DNA from: a virus
Virus record (IMG/VR): IMGVR_UViG_2554235483_000003
Location: 1-22,597 of that record
Strand: one strand, 5' to 3'
DNA: 22,597 nt
This document shows positions 16,701 through 22,597 of this stretch, piece after piece; within the stretch, counting starts at the first letter, position 1; every line of letters begins with the position of its first letter. The translations under genes and the position numbers were made by a program. The notes beneath the pieces were generated by a model that was given only the letters and a program-made list of their open reading frames with translations, was not told the origin of the DNA and ran no database searches.

Positions 16701-17320
16701 TCTATTATTGGATCGGGACTGTCGTCAGTATCTGTGATACGAACACCATCCCAGTGAAATGCAGCTGCTTCCTTATCACCAGCTGAACCACTACTAAACC
16801 CGATACCAAGGGCATCAGCTGAGTTACTAGTGATGGTGAGCTGATCTTGTTGCGTTCCATCATAGTAGAACGTCGCGGTTGTCTCTCCAGTGGCAGTAGA
16901 TCCCCAGTCAACCTCCACCTCAATCCACTCATTTTCTGGTAATACGTAATCCCCAGTGACTTCGGTTCCAGAGTACCCATCATTGAGGGTTACAGTAGAG
17001 GTTGAGTCAGCACCGACGCTCCAGGAGTTATCTTCTAATGCACCCTCGTCATTTGTATAGGCATCACAACCGAATAAGAACGAGAATTGCCCATCTAGAA
17101 TCTCTGTTCGTATCCAGAGTCGAAATACGTGTCCTTGCTCTGGATACGTATTTAGTCCATCTTCTGGATCCGAATAGATCGTTGGGGTGGAATCAACTGG
17201 ATCTATAAAGAGATGCGATCCTCCGGACGCAGAATCCTCTGATGAGATAGTAGCAATATCGACGTCACCATAATATTCCGTCAAATCCTCATCTTCGAAG
17301 TCGTCAATTATCTCAGCCAT
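13799..17320 (-). CDS. Large multidomain fibre/adhesin-like protein (1173 aa): jelly-roll domain, Ser/Thr stalk, beta-propeller, second Ser/Thr stalk
   Basis: N-terminal IIDDFED...WIEVEVDW...FHWDGVRI domain. Two long S/T/V/I-rich low-complexity tracts. Central repeats such as FFDNEGNVSWRKSL, SYSPDGNVRWTVS and RAYNADDGSEAWTL typical of PQQ-like propellers. Confidence 0.75.
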   Translation of the reverse strand: MAEIIDDFEDEDLTEYYGDVDIATISSEDSASGGSHLFIDPVDSTPTIYSDPEDGLNTYPEQGHVFRLWIRTEILDGQFSFLFGCDAYTNDEGALEDNSWSVGADSTSTVTLNDGYSGTEVTGDYVLPENEWIEVEVDWGSTATGETTATFYYDGTQQDQLTITSNSADALGIGFSSGSAGDKEAAAFHWDGVRITDTDDSPDPIIENATALKTTLSSKILPPHVSTQTVEIETASASVTTGKTVVTSPSATAVGSPITSQIDLQGYPHSPSETSSVSPVSITTTSTITTTTPETMSSKADTPATVSVNGDGLLPIGHSTVSAGIHTIGASTLSLDSRASSKVPIEGVAAPLTAEFSSVHSVASVGSTSGMAAIKGDSIASTSTAIAEGASSIVSADSTLSIGDVYTTSPIGNEEAAPAVTRVGTRITNPSVFTTKESEIEPYNYAYSSSTGELIFFDNEGNVSWRKSLPEEPFDIVVDSDRNAYVFYNNQPDRIISYSPDGNVRWTVSEEDVAGFGDSDIEFLDIDISDWGYLYILTDRVTDWEDDWCVFVKDTGTNGWPDIPEYSITDDEAGDSPKLVRYDDETSDEYPESQRYLVVSGGEGDQGAHVNHNTVYMDESLGSNFDPVGVIPRYDVSSPEPFVFGEDILYFVPEGTADPHGISLFSNDVIDGVADDDDALYFIETNGSNSTRLFKYIAENPSESIHPDNDYAEIVWERSINSSSGSIEIDQTGTIYVGCESDGIRAYNADDGSEAWTLDDESYTTVSHPQLPGSQDAWEAKNTVVRTVADNSLKVTSASVDPHTPLRIIVDESEGLNAIVRIPNLQSTSSSTTETRGISATADIDQTVGHSSTETAPVLTELAITQFTDIIATTNSTPVSTPTSVTIGEPELVGLGVSDTDRVGVGVDPVDTTGASLTTNRTVVYNGRVEILDSNEMATSLNEDVDIGVGASILNPSETTHTLVESALLDTTAHPIAVESHSTIRDSSTISLTAQELTPSGFSVATPNVHLVESELSLSEINTLQGIIDDVHADVVDISILEITSGKFERDEARLLISSKISIPESETSGATSSKIVFATSIPTDISSISNAKSGDLTYTTTTLQERSNIFTSITLTPTLIDLTVSLHAPFQYSQVVRKLSVGSNGMSVSGENDLRISGGNDADIYSSERSDE

Positions 17321-17333
17321 GTACTATCGAGAG

Positions 17334-18032
17334 CTACAATCTGAACAGTTCGTCATCGCTCGTCATCTCGGCGATAAGTTCTTCTTGACGTACCCACACG
17401 TTGTCAGGGATCTCTTCTTCAGTATGATCAATTTCGAGTGTATCTACGATCCCATTCCTCACATCGTTAACCAGTGAATCATCTATCTCATCAATAGTGC
17501 CAATCCGTTCTTCAACGGTGTCTACGAGTTTCCCGTCGAACTTGGAGTCAGGCAATCGGATGTGCTCGTACATGGGCAGTTCGATTCCTCCGTTGATGAA
17601 CATACCAGCGAGTCCTCCTCCGTATGCAAATCCTGCAACCTTACGCCCGTCTATGACGATATCATTGCCCTGCTGACTATTCTGATCGAGATAGGCATCG
17701 TATCCGTGATCACGAAGCACATCTCGCAGCGTAGCAAAGACATCCTTCAGATCACTGAACGAGTAGCCATCACCTAGTATGAAGCCTACTGTCGGAGATG
17801 CATCTGCAAGCACAGATGCCTTCGTTGCCTTGAGATGTTTTCCTCTAACAACAGGGTATCCGCTTTCTCGAGCACTCTCGATATCAAGAAACTTAGACTC
17901 CGTCGAGTCAGGGAGATAGTAGTGTGGCTCCGTCGTCTGACAAATAAACAGAAACCCGTCGTACGTCTCATCCAGTGCACACCACATCGGAGCGCAATCA
18001 ATACCGGGGCCTTCGTATCTAAATACTCTCAT
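17334..18032 (-). CDS. Lipoate-protein ligase (BPL/LplA/LipB superfamily)-like protein, 232 aa
   Basis: Start moved to ATG at 18032 (MRVFRYEG). Contains GNDIVIDGRKVAGFA (17631-17666 core), the upstream DIESARESGYPVVR segment, and LPDSKFDGKL..TVEERIGTI. Confidence 0.7.
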   Translation of the reverse strand: MRVFRYEGPGIDCAPMWCALDETYDGFLFICQTTEPHYYLPDSTESKFLDIESARESGYPVVRGKHLKATKASVLADASPTVGFILGDGYSFSDLKDVFATLRDVLRDHGYDAYLDQNSQQGNDIVIDGRKVAGFAYGGGLAGMFINGGIELPMYEHIRLPDSKFDGKLVDTVEERIGTIDEIDDSLVNDVRNGIVDTLEIDHTEEEIPDNVWVRQEELIAEMTSDDELFRL

Positions 18033-18411
18033 AATCAAACGGTTGGATGTACCTCTGGTGTCCTGCTGGTAGAGAGGTAGTGCGATTCTTGATATAGTCG
18101 TAGAGTGTGGTGTCATCCACAGAAACCTCCTTGATGTCAATCCCGTACCCCTCCTGGATCTGCGACTGTATGTCGTCTACTACATCTGGCAACAGGGTTC
18201 CTGGCTCCATCCGAAATCCCTCGACAACAGCTTCACCCTCTGTCAGCTTTTCAGCGTTGTAGTCTTCAAGGTCGATCTCGCTATCGAGTGCCCAGAGTTC
18301 GTCACAACTATGTGGATCTCTGGCTAGCTTAACACCGTATGTTTTGGGTGGAGCAAACTGCTCATGTGGTTCGCGAGTATACAATACATACGTCAGATCC
18401 TTAGTAGTCAT
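18019..18411 (-). CDS. Hypothetical protein (130 aa)
   Basis: Acidic ORF starting 6 nt after the portal stop and overlapping the next start by 14 nt. No motif recognised. Confidence 0.7.
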   Translation of the reverse strand: MTTKDLTYVLYTREPHEQFAPPKTYGVKLARDPHSCDELWALDSEIDLEDYNAEKLTEGEAVVEGFRMEPGTLLPDVVDDIQSQIQEGYGIDIKEVSVDDTTLYDYIKNRTTSLPAGHQRYIQPFDYESI

Positions 18412-18417
18412 AACGGA

Positions 18418-19926
18418 TTAGTCCTCGAGAGATACCTTCGATCTATTATCTCCAGTCTCGACTGAGTCTGGAGTGGCCGGTTTGTCGTACAGATCCTTTA
18501 GCTCAGACTCGACAGCCTGTTCAGTCTCGCTCTTAACATTGTCAGTGCCATTCTGATTGGACTCGTCTCGATCCGGGAGTCCAAGCATATCTCTGAGTTC
18601 GTCAACACTCACAACCTCCTGTGGCTCTCCAGCGGTCGCAGTGTTGATTCCCTGTGCAAATTCCTGGAAATCGCCGATGGAGAAGTCGTCCCGCTCAAGG
18701 GGGCTCTCGTCGTGACTCTCTTCAATCTTCAGACGGATGCTATTGACGTCAGATTCAGCGTAACCGAGTTCCTCGGCCTTCCGACGGAGAACAGGTTCGA
18801 AGGTGGTTGAAAGTCGCCGTCGTTCCATCTGTACAGTCCGCTCGTACTGTGGTGACTGCTCGGAGGTAACGTCGCGATTGACATTATCCGTGAATCCAAG
18901 TTTGTACTTGGGGACAGGCATCGCAGAGAGAATCTCCTCGACGTACCAGTCGAGAATCTCCTGGATCTCGGGCACATCGCTCGAGATCGTCTCTACCTTG
19001 ACATCGCCTGGAACGAAGTCCTTCTGTCCGACTTCCCATTCTCCGTCTTTGTGGGAGTCTCGATAGTTCTTAATCTCCTCCTCGGGCCAGATTCCGGCTC
19101 GAGGATTCGTGATGTCTCCGTTGGGCTCACCGAGCTTGAAGATCCAATGGGGATAGCCCTTGCTCCTCACTGCTTCCGAGAAATCACCTAACATCTGGTA
19201 GAGTTCGTCGATCTCTTTAGAGACGGGTGCGATCGACGAGTTGCCAAAAATCTCGCTTGTGTCTGGATCCTGAACGAGTTTGACGACATCGTTTTGAGAC
19301 AAAAAGACGGTATCCTTGTCGTCGAATGGGCCAGTGAGAGCACCATTAGCCCACTGTCCATATGCAGCTGCCTCGCCTCTATGGCTAAGATTGATGCCGT
19401 CGAGTTCAGTATCGTCAGGTCGGATCAGCACGGCCTGATTCTCGTAGGTATAGGCTTGCACAGTGGAGGGGTTGAGAAGCCGGAAACCCCAGATTTCGTC
19501 CTCACTCTCGGCCTTGGGGACGACTTCGACGAGTGCTGTCCCACGAACCTCCTGCTGCACAATCGAACCATCGAGGATTTCGGAGAAGTCTCGATGACTC
19601 TCCCCAGCAATGATGCCAGATTGAGAGAGCCAACTCTCGAGTTCCTTTGCGAGCTCATCGTTGTCAGCATCGACGCGGTAACCCGGCTCCGTGACATCCT
19701 CAGCGTACTGGCGGATCGGAACGCGAACAAGTGGACACGTCTGATATTGCTCCCAGTATCTCTCGAGATCACCCTTGTTGGGTCGGATCGATCCAACATC
19801 CGCCCCAAGACTGTACAGCGCGTACTCTCCACGTCGATTCTCTGTCTGGACGTCTGGATCCCCGTGACTGAGTAGGGACTCAGCGACACCCCTTGATGCG
19901 CTCGAAATCCGATCTCGAAGGTTCAT
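18418..19926 (-). CDS. Portal protein (502 aa)
   Basis: Follows the large terminase. Portal-like pattern VRGTALVEVV...FRLLNPSTV...IFGNSSIAPV...ILSAMPVPKYKLG...VSVDELRDMLGL. Confidence 0.9.
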   Translation of the reverse strand: MNLRDRISSASRGVAESLLSHGDPDVQTENRRGEYALYSLGADVGSIRPNKGDLERYWEQYQTCPLVRVPIRQYAEDVTEPGYRVDADNDELAKELESWLSQSGIIAGESHRDFSEILDGSIVQQEVRGTALVEVVPKAESEDEIWGFRLLNPSTVQAYTYENQAVLIRPDDTELDGINLSHRGEAAAYGQWANGALTGPFDDKDTVFLSQNDVVKLVQDPDTSEIFGNSSIAPVSKEIDELYQMLGDFSEAVRSKGYPHWIFKLGEPNGDITNPRAGIWPEEEIKNYRDSHKDGEWEVGQKDFVPGDVKVETISSDVPEIQEILDWYVEEILSAMPVPKYKLGFTDNVNRDVTSEQSPQYERTVQMERRRLSTTFEPVLRRKAEELGYAESDVNSIRLKIEESHDESPLERDDFSIGDFQEFAQGINTATAGEPQEVVSVDELRDMLGLPDRDESNQNGTDNVKSETEQAVESELKDLYDKPATPDSVETGDNRSKVSLED

Positions 19927-19947
19927 ATATGCGACAAAACTGCAGAT

Positions 19948-21489
19948 TCAGTAGCTGTACAATCCATATCCTGCTTCCTCGTGGGCTCTTTCCGTTCGTA
20001 GCGCCCAACACGCAAGCGCCATTGCGTCCACAAGATCGGGGGATCGTCCCATCGACGATGTCTTCTTTAATTCCTTCTTCGACGTCGCGTTCCACGCCTG
20101 TGACGATCGTGTCGACTTCTCCGTGAGCTCGATATGTCTTGAGGCAGATCGCAACTCAGACGCAAGGTCGGACTGTGGCTCGATCGCACCACTCTCAAGC
20201 CATTTGTCGATTGCACAAAGCGCCTCAGTACGCTTGTTGTGGTACTTGTGAGGCTCTATAGCATTCTCCGAACTCTTGAACCGCGTAACGTTGTATGAGC
20301 GATTGAGTTCATCTGCAATACCTGATCCTTCACCGACAGCGTCGACGATAACTGGCGTCCGATTATCTTGGATGTTCTGCTCGATAAGGCGCTTATTGAC
20401 AGAGTGATCCCCTGGACTCTCGACATTCTCGAGGACGTCGACTCGAGAGGGGGTGATGCCGACTACAACTGTCCGGTCGCCCCCTCCCCGCGCTATGTCG
20501 ACGCCGATTGCATCGTAGTCGGGCGTGTAGTGGGGATTGATCCCGTCCCAGCGATCCTCTGCACGGGCTACACCCTCAGGATAGAACGGGCGGACAGACT
20601 GTGCACCATCTGGCGGGAGAACGCCTAGCCGTCGTCTATAAAAGCGCTCGTCGTATCCCGACTCCTCGACGTAAGGGATCCCAGTATCAGGATCCGTTTT
20701 AATCATCTCGAGCGACTCCTCGACGCCAGGGAATCCCTTGTTCGGATGCCAGGCGTCGAAGTCCGCCACCACTTGGTCGAGGTCGACTAATCCAGGGATT
20801 GGTTTCCCCTCAATCATTCCTGCCTCGAGTTGAACATTGTGACTCTCGAATGACGAGAAGTGGATCACTTCCCATCTATCGCTCTCCATTATCTCGTAGA
20901 AGCTGTTGGATTCGTCGTATGGTGGATTCCCAATGGCGATGCACCGATCGCGACTATCCGTCACACTCGAGAGGGCACTATCGAAATGTTGGGCAGAGAG
21001 ATCCGGCTTGTCGCACTCATCTAAAATGCAAAGCACCCTTTCAGCGTGTCTCCCCTCTAGATTCTCAGGGTACCGACCTGAGATAGCTTTCCAATATCGC
21101 TCGGCGTTATCCTCGAACTCGAGACGGGGAGGAGAGTGCTTCATCTTTCCTGGAAGAGGAAAACCCCTGTTTCGAGCACGCTCGAGAAGCGATCGCATCG
21201 ATTTAAAAACCGTCTCCTCAAGGATCTGGTAAGATCCAGACGTCATAATCCCGATCGCGTTCGGGTTAGTGTAGATCCAGGCTAGGTTAAGGATGGCAAC
21301 TGTGTACGATTTACCGGCTCCATTGGCCCCTATGACAGCGACATACCTATCCTGGGTGACGGCCCGGAGGAGCTTCTTCTGTACCTCCGCTAGATCGACC
21401 CCAAGGATGTCGTCTGCGAACCGAACATAGCGATCTTCGCCAGAAATATACGGGTCGAGAGGATGGCTACTCGCCTCTTCAGCAGACAT
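19948..21489 (-). CDS. terL: Terminase large subunit (513 aa)
   Basis: Walker A GANGAGKS, Walker B CILDE, coupling motif IGNP, RNase H-like nuclease motifs IGVDIARGGGDRTV and SPDLVDAMAL. Confidence 0.95.
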   Translation of the reverse strand: MSAEEASSHPLDPYISGEDRYVRFADDILGVDLAEVQKKLLRAVTQDRYVAVIGANGAGKSYTVAILNLAWIYTNPNAIGIMTSGSYQILEETVFKSMRSLLERARNRGFPLPGKMKHSPPRLEFEDNAERYWKAISGRYPENLEGRHAERVLCILDECDKPDLSAQHFDSALSSVTDSRDRCIAIGNPPYDESNSFYEIMESDRWEVIHFSSFESHNVQLEAGMIEGKPIPGLVDLDQVVADFDAWHPNKGFPGVEESLEMIKTDPDTGIPYVEESGYDERFYRRRLGVLPPDGAQSVRPFYPEGVARAEDRWDGINPHYTPDYDAIGVDIARGGGDRTVVVGITPSRVDVLENVESPGDHSVNKRLIEQNIQDNRTPVIVDAVGEGSGIADELNRSYNVTRFKSSENAIEPHKYHNKRTEALCAIDKWLESGAIEPQSDLASELRSASRHIELTEKSTRSSQAWNATSKKELKKTSSMGRSPDLVDAMALACWALRTERAHEEAGYGLYSY

Positions 21490-21529
21490 TTGCGACGATG
21501 AAAACTGCAGAAATTAGCCTAGAACAGAG

Positions 21530-21970
21530 CTATTCGTTGTCAGATGCATCCTTTGCATTGGAAATCCGCTCCATCCAACCGGACTCCATTGCGTCAGCCT
21601 TGCGCGTCTCGGGGTTCTGCTCGAGTAACCCCAATTTCTCGAGTTCCTGGGTAGTATCACGCATCAACCGAGAATAGGCCTTGTTGGCCCGATCTGCAGC
21701 TTCGTCTCCACTCTGGACGAGATCTTCCTCCAAAATGTACTCGTTAGCTCGCGATCGCTTGACAGCATCGACTGCTGCGTTTCGGATCGCCTCTCGTTCA
21801 TAGGCACCGACAGTGCCATCGATTCGATTCATCAAGTCGGTACTGATGTCGATCACGAGTTTCTTCTCGTTGTCCGACAGACGCTGGAAGAGCTTCGATC
21901 GATCAGAATACAGTCCATGTTTCTCGGCATTCCCGTTGTTCTCGGGTGCTCCACCATTATTCTCAGTCAT
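21530..21970 (-). CDS. terS: Terminase small subunit (146 aa)
   Basis: Start moved to ATG at 21970 (MTENN). N-terminal GGAPENNGNAEKHGLYS motif, helical body, directly upstream of terL. Confidence 0.8.
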   Translation of the reverse strand: MTENNGGAPENNGNAEKHGLYSDRSKLFQRLSDNEKKLVIDISTDLMNRIDGTVGAYEREAIRNAAVDAVKRSRANEYILEEDLVQSGDEAADRANKAYSRLMRDTTQELEKLGLLEQNPETRKADAMESGWMERISNAKDASDNE

Positions 21971-21987
21971 TTGTATTAAAACTCCCA

Positions 21988-22104
21988 CTATTTGCCTATA
22001 TGTGCCCGATCGACGTGGTTATAGAGCAATTCTACGTTCTCGAACAGGCTCTCGCAAAAGGGACACTGTTCGAAGGGATCGGCGTCGACGTCGTCTTGCT
22101 TCAT
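21988..22104 (-). CDS. C2H2 zinc-finger microprotein (38 aa), not in the supplied ORF track
   Basis: Manual translation MKQDDVDADPFEQCPFCESLFENVELLYNHVDRAHIGK matches C-x2-C-x3-F-x5-L-x2-H-x4-H exactly and fills the gap between the HNH-like gene and terS. Confidence 0.8.
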   Translation of the reverse strand: MKQDDVDADPFEQCPFCESLFENVELLYNHVDRAHIGK

Positions 22105-22133
22105 CAGAAATACGGTGTATAAGAGCTAGAGCA

Positions 22134-22451
22134 CTACTCAGACTGGATCTTAGTTCGCTTCGTCCGGGGGTGAAGCCCGTCGATCTCTCCATCACAATCT
22201 CCACAGACGGAGACAAGATTTCGATTCTCATCTTCTCCAGATGGATCGATCTTGTGCACTATGAGATCTCCATCAGCATCACAACGAACACAGGCATTGT
22301 CATCGCGTTCAAGAACGGCTTCTTCGAGATCCGAGTACTCAGGCCCGCCCTGACTACCCTCCTCTTCAACAGCGTCACAGTAGCGCTGATGAGCAGGCAG
22401 TCCTTGCTCCTTGAACGCCTCTCCACAATACTCACATTCGACGTCGCTCAC
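22134..22451 (-). CDS. Zinc finger plus degenerate HNH-like domain protein (105 aa)
   Basis: CEYCGEAFKEQGLPAHQRYC finger, then VLERDDNACVRC...VHKID...NRNLVSVCGDC HNH scaffold. GTG start is preceded by GGTGAGGA. Confidence 0.8.
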   Translation of the reverse strand: MSDVECEYCGEAFKEQGLPAHQRYCDAVEEEGSQGGPEYSDLEEAVLERDDNACVRCDADGDLIVHKIDPSGEDENRNLVSVCGDCDGEIDGLHPRTKRTKIQSE

Positions 22452-22597
22452 TCCTCACCACCCTCGGCTTCCTTTTTCTCTTCATGAGCTCGAAGGAGGA
22501 GTAATCCCACCCCATAGACGAAGATCGAGAAGAGGAGAATGATACGGCCGATTCCTTTGATTTCCCAGTACCGTTCCGTCTCGACAATCGACTCCAT
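22448..22597 (-). CDS. Small single-TM protein (49 aa from the ATG at the window edge; may extend further)
   Basis: Manual translation MESIVETERYWEIKGIGRIILLFSIFVYGVGLLLLRAHEEKKEAEGGEE. Its TGA overlaps the GTG of the next gene (GTGA). Confidence 0.6.
   Translation of the reverse strand: MESIVETERYWEIKGIGRIILLFSIFVYGVGLLLLRAHEEKKEAEGGEE

Larger units (their letters stand above)
895..22597 (-). mobile_element. Haloarchaeal tailed virus or provirus (Caudoviricetes, siphovirus-type) morphogenesis module
   Basis: Co-oriented terminase, portal, protease, capsid, neck, tube, chaperone, tape measure and hub genes; very acidic proteins; no sheath gene. No integrase or att site is identified in the window, so provirus versus free virus cannot be decided. 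Confidence 0.95.

Noticed and set aside
17334-18140. Supplied long starts for ORFs 17334-18140, 10399-10812, 7371-7877, 895-1416 and 21530-21988
   Set aside because: The N-terminal extensions overlap upstream genes or intergenic signals and are compositionally atypical. Downstream ATGs (18032, 10728, 7826, 1290, 21970) were preferred.
1-22597. tRNA, rRNA, integrase, transposase, DGR or invertase-type fibre switching
   Set aside because: No cloverleaf, rRNA-like sequence, recombinase or reverse transcriptase motifs, or duplicated fibre segments were recognised by eye.

Overview
This window is the DNA-packaging and head-tail morphogenesis region of a haloarchaeal tailed dsDNA virus or provirus of siphovirus type (acidic proteins throughout, tape measure present, no sheath gene). 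Almost all of it is on the minus strand. In transcription order (right to left): small membrane protein, zinc-finger/HNH-like protein, an unlisted 38-aa C2H2 microprotein, small and large terminase, portal, a lower-GC block (130-aa unknown, lipoate-ligase-family protein, 1173-aa multidomain Ser/Thr-rich fibre-like protein), two small fibre/BppU-like proteins, protease-scaffold fusion, HK97-type major capsid protein, four head-tail joining proteins, tail tube, tail assembly chaperone with a GGGAAAG -1 frameshift into an unlisted ORF, tape measure, Dit-like protein, hub protein with an inserted LamG-like domain, an antisense AT-rich membrane-protein gene and a holin-like protein. The operon ends in a roughly 220-bp non-coding stretch of consecutive stem-loops that includes two copies of a 41-bp element, followed by a convergent hypothetical gene. 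The most unusual items are the LplA-family gene next to a fibre module inside the head region and the structured element at 681-894. All product calls come from motif recognition and gene order; no database search was run.
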